A DNA stretch of 64,000 nucleotides from Balanoglossus misakiensis (GCA_040954595.2 CM082591.2:9503309-9567308); one strand, 5' to 3'; shown: positions 1 through 27,029, numbered from the stretch's first letter. Program-made: numbers and translations. The notes: generated by a model not told the origin, from the letters alone.

Positions 1-639
1 TCTCTACTAAGAAGAATACTTAGTGTTACATGCTGAACTGTGTATATATCAAAAAAGTTGATACACAGATCAAAATTGTTGAGAAATCCTACAACAGTTA
101 CATCTATACTCTCCCTTTCAACATTCTCATGACATACAATAAAGGCAATTCATAATGTGAGTTATCAACAAATAGTACCAGTACACATACAATTCAGAAA
201 CGTTTGATTGCATTTCAATACCTACTCTTGTTTGTCATTGCTTAGTTATCAAATTAACTGTACGAATAGGGACAATTATGTCATATAGACTGTAACAATA
301 TTTAGCTTGATTGTGTGTGCAGAGGCAGACCCAGGGAAACACCATACATACCTGAAAGACGAATAACAATTTATGTCAAATATGTAATACATGTACACAA
401 AATCAAGGGAAGCATTCAACAGATCTTGCGCAATATAGTTCTAAATATAAAAATGAATTTAAACAGTGTAATCAACACGAGGTTTCAAGCAAAACAATAA
501 TGAAAATTATGTGACTGACTATTGCTGGATCAGTGCAAAATACCATAAATAGGAAAGTAACACCAAGGCATTTATATACACAGGAGTTCATTAAATGAGC
601 AGCTGTCATATTTCAATGACATCCAACTACACCAAACCT

Positions 640-3600
640 TTATGTCTCAACCAGGTCAGACTCTCCACTTACTACTTTCTTAACATCAACTACCAGCTCA
701 ATCCATTTAGCCTTTGTAGCTTTTTGTTTTTTCAGTGTGTCAAATTTTGGGGTTAGGACTGACTTAGCATAATCAGGTAGGACTGTTAAGATAACCTCTA
801 TTTCCTCCATAAGTTGTTTGATTGTTTTAGATTCCAATTTATTGAGTGTTGACCTCTCATTTTTGATTACAACCAATATTGGCCTATGACATCTTTTTGC
901 AGGAAATTTACCTGCCCATAGGTATTCAGTTATGAATTCCATCCGTCTATTACGGGCCTTCATATCAAACTGCAATAACTCTTCATCTAATTCCTCCCCG
1001 TGTACATTAACTATTGGTCTTCCCTCACGTGGTATCAGATATTTCCTGTTTCTAAGAAGGACTCTAAATTTATGAATATCATTTCCACTTGGAGGAGAAA
1101 TGCGATCTCTGTTTTCGCTCCTATTTAAGCCTATTGACTTAAAAACTCTATTTCGAAGATCAACTAGAGTGTCATGATTTCGGATAACAGTTTCCCATTT
1201 TTTGTAGTCAGGTACTCCTGAAATCCAAGATTTGATTGATTTATTGTATTCCTCTAATACAAAACCTAGCCCCTGGTGTTTATTATCTTTACAAGATCTA
1301 GAAACAGTTTCATACATTTGTAAGGTGGTACAGAGGGGTTCAGGTTGACAAAGACGATCATACTCATCCCAGGCTTCAATTTCCTGATATCGTGGATGGT
1401 TGCGACCAAACCATATGGGAGCAAACAACTGCCTACCTGTTCTTATTAGTTTTGAGTCATTAAGCCGAACGCCTTTCCGGAATAAATGAATTCCAAGACA
1501 GTGTGGAAGCATAGTGTACCATATGAAGTGAATTGTGTCATCTGCACTAGCCTGATCTCTTACCCACTCTAGGAAGTCATAAGGGGATGGGGTTCTTGAA
1601 TCATTACAATAGGACTGAAGAAGCTCTAGCCAAATACCATCATGAAATTTGCAAAAATTGTCAAAACTTTGGTGATGGTCACAACATTTCTTAAAGAAAA
1701 CCTGAGCTTTATCACTTAAGAATCCCTGTGAGCGGCCAAACTCAGCATAAATTATGTGCCAATACATTTCAGCAAATGATTTTAACATGTTGATTTCCTC
1801 GTGGCCAGGTCCTGTCCTCAAAAGTACCCAGTCGAACTCATTTGAACGATCAATTGCTGTCCTCACTAAATGTTGTGGAAGGCCATCACATCGAACAATA
1901 ACCCACTCCCTATTTCCTTTCCCATTATGGTATTTGTGGATCCCAGCATGTTTCCCAATATATCGGAGGACTTCAACAAGTGCTCCTTGTGATGATGGAT
2001 TAACAAACACTGGGTCCAGCAAAGTAATGTTAGCTCTTGTGCTTTCTCTCTCAAGTTTGTCTTTCTGTTTGGTGGTATGAGACATTATGACCCTGTTGCT
2101 TCCTGACTGTTCATTTACAATTTGACTTGTGTATTCATGAAATTTGAGTCCAGTATTGTTGTCTGTTTTAACTCTATGGACTTTAGTATCTAATGACTTT
2201 GGTTGAGATTTTGTTTTCATTGGAAACAATCCACAATTAATGCATTTCTTATGTTTCCCCGCTTTTGGATGGGCATGTTTACATGCTGAGCATACGTCAA
2301 ATTCTAAATCAATTTTAATTTCATCAGCTTTGCAACCGACAATATCGATGGTTTCATTTTTCAATTTCTCCAGATGATTAGAGATCAATTTGACTCTTTC
2401 TGTGTTGAACAGTGTCAGAAGGTCAGGTGTCAAATGTTCAAGGGATTCTACAGACTGAGGCCTTGGCCAATTTGTTGGTTTAAATGAGGGATCATTTTGC
2501 AGGTCAGACTTTTCAGTTAACTGATTTACAATGACTGTAGTGAGAATTTCAGACTTTTGTTTATTTCCGTCTCGACTCAACCAACTTCTCATTACACGCT
2601 GCTCGTTGTCAAATGCATATTCTATGAGCCCTGGTGGAGCTGGTTTAATTGTATTATTGGTGGTTTTCAACCAGTTTTGAATTGTATCGTAACTTCCTGC
2701 TGGTGTGCAATGACTGACAAGATTACAAGCAATTTCACTTTGTGTCATGGAATACAGAACAGACTGTACTCCTGCCATCAGTTCACTTGTGAAATTCAAA
2801 TTTCTGGCAGCATATATACAGTCAATGGCTTGTAACCTCATGGCATTACTTTTAGTGACAATCGTGTCACTGTTACCAAGCAGACCAATACCCCTTTCAG
2901 TACCCTTTGATGTTATATTCTCAATGAATGAAACTACCACAGGATTTCTATTTTGGATTAATTGTACTGTATCAATTTCCAGAAGATTATTAATTGATTT
3001 TCTTTTTTTCTGTGACAGGAGTTTTACAGTGTCTTGGTACAAATGACTGTTTTCAAGTTTTCCAATCTGGCATATAGCATTAACTCGCTTCTCTTGCGTA
3101 TCAAAAATTGTGTCTAGTTGTTGTTGCAAGTCATTATTTCGATCTTCTAAATTGTTGTTTTCCTTCAGTAGCTCTTTATTTTCATTTCTCAAGCCTGTGA
3201 CTTCTCTAAAAAGTATTTCAATATCATTTTTAAGAAGTTGTACCTGATCTTTCAGACTTGTCACCTGTTCTTCATATTCAATACAAGAAGTGCACATCTC
3301 GTATTGATTGACTTTTCCCCCTTCGGTTGTTGTTGCTTCATCCATTCCATGGAAACTCTGTAGGTAAAGTTGCAAATAAAATGCATTGGTTTGAGGAGTA
3401 ACACTTTTGCAGTCTACATGCCTATACTCATACAAACAAAATAAAATCATCATCATGATCATCTTCATCTTTTTCCTTTCTCCCCCTCCTCATCATATCC
3501 AGTCATCATCATCATCATCATCATCATCATGGAAAGGTTTTCAATGTGAAAAAAAACACTTACGAGAGGTTTATGTCCTGAGCTGAATTCACTATAGATA

Positions 3601-4708
3601 ACATGATCAGCTCCTTGCTGTTGGTCTTCAAAAATCATGTCAGGAGTGGCAGCCCTGCATTCCTAATTAACAAATACAGACACGTACAAATTACTTTACA
3701 GTGTAAATCAAGTGGGCCATAGTGTTTATAATGACACGTCTTCTGATGTTTGTCATCTACATAGTGATGCTTGTAAACATTTTATTATTTAGGCAACGGC
3801 ACTGTGATGATAATGAGGGTTAGGGTTAGGATCGATGCATGGTTACAATGGATACTATAGGGTCTATTTTTAACAGCATATCGTATCACTATCAATGACA
3901 AAACATTTTTAGTCGAAATCGCTCAAGATAACATGGTAAACGTGACTTACCAGTGTAACTTCACACTCGGGTTCGGCAAAGTGGACTGCTGCAGGGGCTT
4001 TGGGGCAACTGCTACTAGTGCTAGGCCTTGGGCTTGCAGGACAAGCAAAACTATGTACCTCCTCCACATCACGTCGATCGACCTGTCAAAGAAAACGACA
4101 ATTAGATGAACCGCCATCATCTCAAATACGGAAATAGAACGCCCCCCCCCCCTCAAAAAAAAGATCACAAGGGACAAAACCTATTAGGTTTCGTGATTTC
4201 CCGTTCGCAAGTTTAGTACGGAAGAAGAAAGCTTCTCGACGTCCTTTCCTCTAAAGATCAGAGGTCAAATGGCACACAGCTGTTGTTTACATATTGAGCG
4301 CCCTCGGCCCATAAACAAAGCAAATCTTTCACTTACCTTCACACAACGAATGTCATCGTAGAATTTGGTGAATTCTCTCTTTGATGGTGCTATGCTTACG
4401 CAGTTTTCGCAGAAACGTGATGTATTGTGTGCACCCAACTTTCTAAAGGCCTGCCGCACTGGCTTTCGGACGTATTTCGCCAACTTGACTCGTTCTGCCG
4501 GTGTTGCCGTCCAACGGAAATGTAGTGGGTTTCCACATTTTTTGGCAAAAACTGATGACCTCCAAAGGCAGTGTTGGCCGATGAAGAATGACGCAGCGAT
4601 TAAAATAATTACAAAAATAATAGTTAAATAATCATGAATGTTATCGTTTGGTCTGAGAGACTGCATCGTGTACGTGCAGATATTGTCGTCTGCCCATGTC
4701 TCGCGCAC
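640..4708 (-). CDS. Spliced putative DDE transposase (Academ/DUF6589-like), about 1100 aa; exons ~4708(start uncertain)-4337, 4082-3951, 3662-3564, 3357-640
   Basis: Three phase-0 GT-AG introns join in frame to the 942-aa ORF at its residue S38. N-terminal CGNPLH...CENC Zn-finger-like segment, PRPSTSS linker, coiled coil, then FDN, CSAC..CINC, RCDGLP, GPGHEEINM and FVLEEYN motifs. Family assignment is from remembered motif spacing, not a search. Confidence 0.65.
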
Positions 4709-5193
4709 GATTTGACAACTTTGACGTCGGTCAAAATCAAAGGACGGTGGTAAAGCGATAAAATATTATCCATTGGTTACTTTATTGAAAATTTAACAAT
4801 TTTCTGCTAAAACACAAAAATTTCCGACAAGTTTAAAGGACGATGATTGGTTCTGGACTGTATATTGACAGCTGCTCTTGAACTGTCCTTGACATGCTTG
4901 ACCTGATTCGACAATACGGTCTATGCTCCATGGCAACGCTTCTCTTATGAATATTCATTTATTTAAATGAAGCACTCCTTTTATGGCGATCGGGTAGACT
5001 GCAGAACGAGCTCAGCGCAAGCAGCGTAGAACGTCGCGCGCGAGACAGGCAGTTCGACACTAGCATCACCTGATGCGCGAGGTGAAGGCGCGTTCGATAT
5101 GCAAATTACATCATGGCGGTGTCTGAAAACTAGAAAGTCCGATAGCGGCCAATTTATTCTTTATCGTTCATGAAGAACGTTCAGATAAGGTGT

Positions 5194-5319
5194 ATAATAA
5201 TAAGGTTATTCACGAAATACCGGGATTTATGTCCTAGTACATCGTACGCTTCGGTATACCTGCGCTGTACGATGTACTTGAACATAAATCCCGGTATTTT
5301 GTGAATAACCTTATATTAT
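5194..5319. mobile_element. Long hairpin (about 48-bp stem, 19-nt loop), probable Crypton-like element terminus
   Basis: ATAAGGTTATTCACGAAATACCGGGATTTATG...GTACATCGTAC pairs with its reverse complement ending at 5314 with 3 mismatches. Confidence 0.7.
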
Positions 5320-6364
5320 GGCCATATCTAATTTGACAAACCCAAAGGGCGGGGATTTTCCGTTGTCTTGAATATGAACCAAATAAGAATCCTAATTTTT
5401 GGCCCAATTTTGGGTACCCTCAGCTGACCTATGATGTACTTACAACGTAAAAGTTCACATTTGGTTGTTGTGTTTGTACTTGTAGGACATGCATTTCGGG
5501 TGGTTGCCTACTACCCCATATCTCAACATCGAGAGCAAATACAGCCTACGCATTTGAATGGTACAACCCTGAATGGAGTCTAATGGTTATTGACTCTATG
5601 CTTGGGCCCCTTCAACGCTGCTTGCAGCTTTAATATTTTTTCTGCTATTTCCCTAGGGATTCATAGTCGATTCTATTTTCCTATCACGTGACGGATTCTG
5701 GCGAATCACGGCAGAGTATTAGCATGAGGTATATTGTAAACACACTTCTGAGTCAAGGATAATTAAGGACACACACAACTATGATACTTTTTTCTTTAGG
5801 CATCAAACCCTTTCCTCTGCAGCATGTAGATAGAGTGTAACAAGTTAAAGTTGGGAGATACATCCCTTTCCAGCCTGTGCCACACATGGTGGAGACACAG
5901 AAGAAAATCGTAAAATGAAATTCGTGATGGGAGAACTTTGTGGATGGTCTTTAATTAAAAAAGTGACAATTCTTTATGTTTTGCGCTATCCATTTTCTTC
6001 AATGTCATTAATTGCCACCCACCGCCATGCGGCCATTGTCATTCAATAACATTCCTAAAGTTTTTTTCTAGAAGTTGTGGCTGGCGAATTTTGAATGCAC
6101 AGTGTTAACTAATCAATATTTGCTCAAGTTGAAATATAAAATGACAACTTCCCACGATTCATGGGAAGATTGAAAATTGCATAATTCAATGTTAACGTAA
6201 TCACGAAGTCCTTTCCTTTTCTCTGTTTCGTATGACGTCATTTCAGCTGCACGTGACAATGGTCGTGACGGATTCTGGTAGCACATTCTATTCGTGGAGA
6301 ATTCACACACGCCTTCTAAAGTCACTCATACTCTCCATGCTCTAACTAAGGGGGTTTAAATCCT

Positions 6365-6902
6365 AATTATATTATAACATGCTACCGTCCGCAATTCTGA
6401 TTGGACGAGAGCTCAATCCAGCGATGCTAAAATACTCAATAATGCACTGCTAAAACGTGCCCCTGAAGTAGCATACGACAGCAAAAATGTGCGGTTAAAC
6501 CACAGTCGCGCGTGTTTAAACCAAATAAATAAAACAAAAATACTGTTGAATTAACGGAAGTTTTATTTTGGAACTGCTCTGTTGAAATATTTGTCACTTT
6601 GCCACGCGCGATGCCCGTCTTGCCACTTTTTGTCGTCTGCTTCATGTTTAATGCTCGATCCCGGCCGCTCGTGTTTACATTCATCGTCGCCATGTAGGTT
6701 CACGATCGTAATTTCTCTTTCTGACGCCGTTTCGGTAAGAAAAAGACACTGATATGCCACAAAAACAATTGTTGATATAATATAATAGCAATAACCGATT
6801 TGGGTACAATTCGCTCCATCACTCGCCTGACGGCTTGTGCTATATGTCTCGAATTGTACCCAAATCTGCGTATACCCGCCTGCGGCGGGGGTTATTGCTT
6901 AA
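6365..6902 (+). mobile_element. Non-autonomous Crypton-like element with terminal hairpin
   Basis: Starts AATTATATTATA, ends in an imperfect hairpin followed by TTATTGCTTAA. A similar copy lies in reverse at 48665-49229. Confidence 0.65.
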
Positions 6903-7235
6903 TTATCACTATCAGGAGTGTCACTAAATGACAACTTTTCCCAGCTTCTAAAAGACATGTATACTAGTATATCGCCTGGAATTACAAATCTCAGAAAGGC
7001 GGGGTCATTTAATCATGTGTAACAATTTATTTTTCTGCTCGGAATAAAAAAATGAATGTGAGAAGATAGTTCATGATTTTCTTGGGTGCCTATGCATAAT
7101 AATATTGTCCATTTTTATTTTTTTGCGAGAGCACAGAAAATGAAAGTGGTGGCTTCCAAGTGTACTGATAATCATGCATGAATTAATTTGAAAATAAACG
7201 AAATATTACTTGGATTATGAATAGTTCTAACAAGT

Positions 7236-7550
7236 ATTATATTATACCAGTATATTGATGGTGTAAATCACGCTATTTGATTGGTCGAGACACGACACGT
7301 GACCGTGATATATTAGCCATATACCACAGTCATATATCATAGTTAAAGAAAATGCCTTTTTAAAATGTTTTATGCAAAGTTTCAATATACTGGCATAATA
7401 TAATAGCAATAAAACACCCCCAGCCATGGTATACCACTCGATTTTGACCAGTTCAACTCCATATACGCACTCGCTATCGCTCGTGCGTATATGTCGTGAA
7501 CTGGTCAAAATCTCGTGATATACCATGGCTGGGGGTGTTTTATTGCTTAA
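7236..7550 (+). mobile_element. Second Crypton-like non-autonomous family with near-perfect terminal hairpin (7406-7547)
   Basis: AGCAATAAAACACCCCCAGCCATGGTATA...TATACCATGGCTGGGGGTGTTTTATTGCT-TAA; same end architecture as 6365-6902. Confidence 0.6.
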
Positions 7551-7781
7551 TTATATAATATTAATAGAAGTCAACGGCCGGAGGCACGCTCTTTCGTTTT
7601 TTGTCCGTCCATGATATACGAAGTGTCTTTTTCGCTGGAACGTGTTTTGATTGGGTACTCCAATTCTATAATCGCCCAATGTTAATGTGGTTCAAGCAAA
7701 TTACCTCAAGGTTGTTAACTTTATAAATATGTAAATATTTCCCGGTGTTCGCTTACCCGTTCGTAATACGGCTATATGTAG

Positions 7782-8207
<426 letters not shown>

Positions 8208-9467
8208 TAACAGCAGAACATGTACTTGAATTATGAGTTTCATTCTTTCAGCTTGCAATTGAGTCATCGAATTCTTCAACTTTAATGGCTACTTTTAATG
8301 GCATCCTGTTGTTGCTGCTCGACTAGCAGAAATTATAGTCAACGTTTCCATGACAACACCTCAGAGTATGAATTTTAGTTAGGTTTCTAAAAGAGTACAC
8401 GAAAATGTTGACTGCCGTAATGACGTTGGATAGGGACTGCGGGGACGCCAGAAATTCCATCCAAAATCATCAATTCACACTCACCTCAAGAATTGTACTT
8501 ACTGGTGGCTAGCTGTAACTAATTTACATTTTGACTACCGGCGTTCACAGCTTGGGCGAAGAACAATAGTGTTTTGTAAAGACCCCACGCGGGCAGTTTG
8601 ATGTGTTTAAAATGATTCTGTATCTTGTTAAGAAAAGGGGGTACAGTTCGAGAATTCTAGGAGTGCGGTCGTTCCGCTGGTCCAGCTGGGACTGCAGGCT
8701 TGTCCTGTATGTCCACGACTGGCCTTTCTAAATAAAGTCATCGGCATTTAAATTTACACTCCGCACGTGTTCCCGTCTCTTCAACCTACATCAACCAACA
8801 CCGACCTGACCAAGATGAACGTGCATTACCCTCTATTGGGAGACACGACAGTAATGTCAGCATCTCCCATCTGGTAGGGGTAGGTAATTAGCGTATCGAA
8901 GATGTTATATGTGACGTAAAACGGGAAATTTTCGCGACAGGAATTTTTCGCGATATCAAAACAACTGTTACGCGACGATTAATTTTAATGTTCTCCCATT
9001 GCACTGCGTGCATATCTCTGATTTTCTTTCGCGAAGTTGGCGAAAATTTATCGTTCTCGAAAATTTCTAGTTTTACAATATCTTGTCCTGATCTTCGCCC
9101 ACAAAGGATTTTCTCTCCGACAAGGTGGCTGTGGTCGAGCCAATCACCCGTGCGAGCGAGCGGACGATGATCTTGTCTAGGCTATAAAACATTAATTCAA
9201 AAATGTATAGAGAAACCTTGATAGATACGTTTAGCACATGTAATACATTTGACCTTGACCTTGACGAGACTTGAGATTCTTCCTTGTATTCCTTGAGTTT
9301 TCATCGTTGTACGTTACATGATATGTGATAACCAGATTTTTTGGAGTGTGTCGAATGTCCCTATTCGAGATTTAGTCGTGTGAAGTGTGGGCGTTCCACA
9401 CGCATGGATCCGAATCTGAATCTGTATCAATCTGTCCCTCAACCCGGCACTGTATTCGGATTTTCGG

Positions 9468-10138
9468 TGTTACGGCTCGTCCAGATGGTACTCTAACTTT
9501 GCAGTAGCAAAGAGGTGTGCAGGATCTACCAAAGTAGAGACTCGTTGAGACTCGAAGTAGTGGGAGTCAGAAGGCTTTATTTCTGGTGCAAAGGCTTTAC
9601 AACACACGGTTGTCTGCAAGATGGTTGTTCTACTCAAAGCAAGGAATTACAGAGTTTATATGTCTTTGAGAAAGAAGAGAAATCAAAGATTCATCATAGC
9701 GTGATCCTCATTGTCCAATTACAACTTTACAACACATCGACATTTTCTTGATCGTCCAATTACAAAATTATTACACTCTGAAATATCCTTCGGATTGGCT
9801 GTCGGTTCTCAAAGAAGATATTATCTCTGTCAAGATCACGACCAACTGAAGGTGATCAAATACAAGGACTAGCAACCATCGTATGCAAACATCTCCTCTC
9901 TCGTATTTTAATAATATAAAGGTACATTACGTAAAATATGTAATTAAACTCATTCGTTGATTGAAATTCCCTGGTCTCAATATTTGTAAAGTACTCGATA
10001 TGGTATTTGACCTCTATACCTGGAATTATTGACCTTTATACACAGAATTACTGATCTAATTGGAAATTAATCATAGAAATTACAATTCTTTATTGTGAGC
10101 GAAATTCTTAATTTTCCTATTTTATATATATCGTAACA
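9468..10138 (-). mobile_element. Solo LTR (671 bp, Gypsy-like)
   Basis: TGTTACG...CGTAACA termini, 4-bp TSD TCGG on both sides, AATAAA on the minus strand at 9576-9581. Confidence 0.85.
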
Positions 10139-10235
10139 TCGGTTATTCGCATGGACTAATCATATACGGCGTCTTAATTGGCATAATGAACACGCTGTCC
10201 AAAATTTAGCGTTAAGTGAAGTAGAATTCATGCTC

Positions 10236-22336
<12,101 letters not shown>

Positions 22337-23876
22337 ATTGTGTTGTTAATTGGAACTGGAATGAAGAAATAAAACGAAGTTGGGGAATTCAATTATTCCC
22401 TTTCAACAACAGCAACAAACACGATGCGTTCTCAGTGTAATGTCACAACGACTGTGCGTGACTGACCTGGTAATACGTTGCCCACCACTTGAACACCACT
22501 TTTGAAAAAAGACACCTTCAACTCAATGGCCTAAATACATTAATATTTTGTGTGCTAATGTCATTAACCCGACTGTAATTTTCTTACCTGTTGGGTGAGA
22601 GTAGCATTTCGTCGGCTTTCTGTAGTCTTCATCGTACGTTTCGCCACAGACAACACAACATAACTATTGTTCATACCGACTGTTTTTTAAAAAAAGTCCT
22701 GAAACACCTACCTGTAAGAACTAAGTAAGTAAACGTATAGCCGACATAGACCACTGGTGAGTCACCTTTCAGATCCTTGACCTTTAACTAACCCACCAGA
22801 CGCTTGGCCGCGTATGATTTATTGTCTGTGCGTGCATTTTATGTCGTCACCTCGTGTACGACGATCACAGTAACCATACATTTCCTTCGCTGCGTTTCAT
22901 ACGTTTGCTTCTGTTGGACTTTAGGTACTTCTCCAAAACGCGATCACACCATTCTGAACACACTCACTGCAATTTTTGTTAATCCTATATTGTTTTATTT
23001 CATTCCCATAAAAGACGTTAGCACGTCCTTAATGGTAATTGAATAGCTTGTATTCTGGATTAGCAACTCATATGACAGATGCGGGTAACAACAAGCACAG
23101 AGACTGTTCAGCAAGGAATGTTTATTGGGGAGAAATGCAGAGCATTACATTCCTTTGTTAGACCTACATATCCTAAGATCAGCCACGCGAGATCTCGTGG
23201 AGTTCGGAAAATGACCTTTTCACAATCTCACTTAGGCTAAAAGAAATCAAGATGGAGCCACGCAAGTTCACGCATTGTATGCTAATAGCTATCGATCATT
23301 CTGCGAGAGATTGTAGCATGACCCCCTAGCTAGATTATAATTTACCGTGGCCAAAATCTACACGCGTCCAGGTTTCGACTTCTCTACACACAGTACTAGA
23401 AATATCCCATGATTTATTCTGATTTGTACGCTCAGAGATTCCTCAGACAAACCGGGCAGAGTTCACATGTGTACAGAGAATTGTAGACCTCTGATACAAA
23501 TTCTGAGATCGTACTTTTAAGGCAAATCGTATTGTCAATTACCATTTCAAACGATTTTAAAAAAATCTGCATTATTGAGAGAGGAGATACGAATTTTATA
23601 AAATTATTAAGCAATTGCTAATAATTATTAGTACTCGAAAGAACGTTTTTATTTTAATATTTCGTTATTCAAAGCCATCACATGCTGGACTGTCAACCAT
23701 ATATTGTTATTCAGTGACACTCCTGATCCTGATAGTGTTAATTAGGATTTAAACTCCTTTCATTGGAGCATGGAGTGTGTGAGTGACTTTAGAAGGCGTG
23801 TGTGAAATCTCCACAATGACGCGCTTATTGACAATGTGGGAGACTGTATGCACCATGGAGGTATGGTATGCACGTA

Positions 23877-26394
23877 TGTATCACCCCAATATGTAATAAT
23901 TAACCCAATATGTAATACTAACCCAATATGTAATAACACCTTAACCCAATATGTAATACTAACCCAATATGTAATAACACTTAACCCAATATGTAATACT
24001 AACCCAATATGTAATAACACTTAACCCAATATATAATAAACTTTAATTCTACATGTAATAAACGTTATCAGCTAGCTGCATATGTAATAAACGTTAACCC
24101 TATATGTAATAAACTTTAATTCTACATGAAATAACGTTAATTCTACATGAAAAAAACTTTATTAGTTAACCCTATATATATAAACGTTAACCCTATATGT
24201 AATAAACTTTAATTCTACATGAAATAACGTTAATTCTACATGAAAAAAAACTTTATTAGTTAACCCTATATATATAAACGTTAACCCTATATGTAATAAA
24301 CTTTAATTCTACATGAAATAACGTTAATTCTACATGAAAAAAACTTTATTAGTTAACCCTATATATATAAACGTTAACCCTATATGTAATAAACTTTAAT
24401 TCTACATGAAATAACGTTAATTCTACATGAAAAAAAACTTTATTAGTTAACCCTATATATATAAACGTTAACCCTATATGTAATAAACTTTAATTCTACA
24501 TGAAATAACGTTAATTCTACATGAAAAAAACTTTATTAGTTAACCCTATATATATAAACGTTAACCCTATATGTAATAAACTTTAATTCTACATGAAATA
24601 ACGTTAATTCTACATGAAAAAAACTTTATTAGTTAACCCTATATATATAAACGTTAACCCTATATGTAATACTAACCCAATATGTAATAACACCTTAACC
24701 CAATATGTAATACTAACCCAATATGTAATAACACCTTAACCCAATATGTAATACTAACCCAATATGTAATAACACCTTATCCCAATATGTAATATTAACC
24801 CGATATGTAATAACACTTTAACCCAATATGTAATAACACTGCCCTAATGTGCTTGCATATGTAATATTAACCCAATAGAGTTGAAGTAAAACTCAAGTCT
24901 TTATAAAAGTAGTGAAATCAAGTTGTGTACGCATGCATGACATCAACATATTGTCTCAGATGGAAGCTGCCAGACATATACAGAGAATACCCAGGACACA
25001 TAATTGACATGGAAAGTTTCCAAATTTTAGACAGAGAATCTGATGTATTAATGAAGCCATATACATCAGGACACTTCAACCCTCACTTGTACAGATGAGG
25101 GCAGGGGGGGTGGTTACACTTTACCATCCGTGCACACTACTTGCCGGTGAAAAGTATACCTTTCTTAATTTTGAAGTCCAAAAGCGGGGGGGGGGGGGGG
25201 GTCATCTTTTTTAAAGAAACCGTTTAGGGGGTTCACATACTTTTGTCACAAAACTTGTGCTTTTGAGTCCACAAAATTGCAGTTTCGCACCCTTTATTTT
25301 GCAAAATTTTCTAATTCCCAGCGTACCCCCGCGGCCTCCCCACCTCGGGTGATACGGGATAAATGTGGCGAATTAGCCCGGTGGTTGCAGTCCCCGGGTG
25401 GGTGGATCCGTATACTAACAGCCGATAGTAATTGTTTTGCGAAATATAGCATAAAGCTAGAGGTTCAAACAACAAAATTTACCTTGATTTCATGTGGATG
25501 TAAAGGTTAGGTAAATCTATCACTATGTTAACTTTACCAGGACTATCAAATGCTACTGGAACTTGCAAGTAATTCATTGGGTTAAGCGGGAAGTATGTTA
25601 AACAATAGGGTTTCCCCTCTATCACCACCTCTATTGAAAATAGATGAAATAATATTATGGTCTTTTCCCAGAAAGACAAATGTACCCCCCCCCCCCCGTA
25701 AAAAAAAATACAGGCCACCTTTACCATTACATATTGGGTTAAGTGTTATTACATATTGGGTTAATGAAAAACATTGAGTTTAGTTTTAAAACATGTTTAG
25801 TAAGGATTTTAATTCATATTCAGATATAATTTCATATTGATTTGGTGTATTTCATTTAGCTTAGCATTAACATACATTAGGGCAGTGTTATTACATATTG
25901 GGTTAAGGTGTTATTACATATTGGGTTAGTATTACATATTGGGTTAAGTGTTATTACATATTGGGTTAGTGTTACATATTGGGTTAAAGTTTATTACATA
26001 TAGGGTTAACGTTTATTACATATAGGGTTAACTAATAACGTTTTTTTCATGTAGAATTAACGTTATTTCATGTAGAATTCTAGTTTATTACATATAGGGT
26101 TAACCAATAACGTTTTTTTTCATGTAGAATTAACGTTATTTCATGTAGAATTCAAGTTTATTACATATAGGGTTAACTAATAACGTATTTTTCCATGTAG
26201 AATTAACGTTATTTCATGTAGAATTCAAGTTTATTACATATTGGGTTAAGTGTTATGACATATTGGGTTAGTATTACATATTGGGTTAAGGTGTTATTAC
26301 ATATTGGGTTAGTATTACATATTGGGTTAAGGTGTTATTACATATTGGGTTAGTATTACATATTGGGTTAATTATTACATATTGGGGTGATACA
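23877..26394. mobile_element. Foldback-type element with long inverted arms made of tandem repeats
   Basis: TGTATCACCCCAATATGTAATAATTAACCC at both ends in inverted orientation; arms are arrays of AACCCAATATGTAATA-type units; no TSD seen. Confidence 0.85.
24990..25105 (+). mobile_element. Degenerate Penelope/Poseidon GIY-YIG C-terminal fragment
   Basis: Frameshifted GHIIDMESFQILDRESD...EAIYIRTLQPSL. Confidence 0.55.
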
Positions 26395-27028
26395 GACAAG
26401 GAAGGACAAAGCGTTGTAGAAAATGTTTATGTTTTGTATTAATTATTTATTAGAAAAATGCAATCACCTGTAATTTATGTGTGGCTATATGTGGTTATAA
26501 ATCACCCTTTTCTCTCATCGTGGTTACTCAATAACATTAACAATGAAGCAATCAGGCTTCGACAAGAATGTATCTTATCCTTATCCACCGTAAATGCTTT
26601 TCACCATTTTATAGCAATAGACCTTAATCATTTTCAACAGATATTTTGAATAACTATACAAGGAGATGATTTTCATTGAAACTTTTATGAAACGTGTTTC
26701 ATTGTTTCACTAAGTGTGTAAAAATCACATTATTTTTAATGCAAATGCCTATATTTGATAAGCAAAAGTTAATTTCTGAGCGTGAAAATCGGTTCAAGTA
26801 CAAATAAAATTTTCAACTTAGGTCTTACATATAGAAGTGGTATTACGCTTGTCGCTTATGTATATCAAAAATAAGAATATACAATTTATAATAACTTGAC
26901 AACTGTCGCACGCACACACAAAGTTAAATTTTGGCATTTGCTTGCACAACGTAGGGGCCAAGACGGTCTTTATCATAATTTACATATACGAATAACCTAT
27001 GAAATATAATATGTAATCTAGTGAATGA

Positions 27029-27029
27029 T

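Noticed and set aside
8308-8850. LTR-like stretch with AATAAA ending in ACGACA
   Set aside because: No matching TSD or clear 5' end found.
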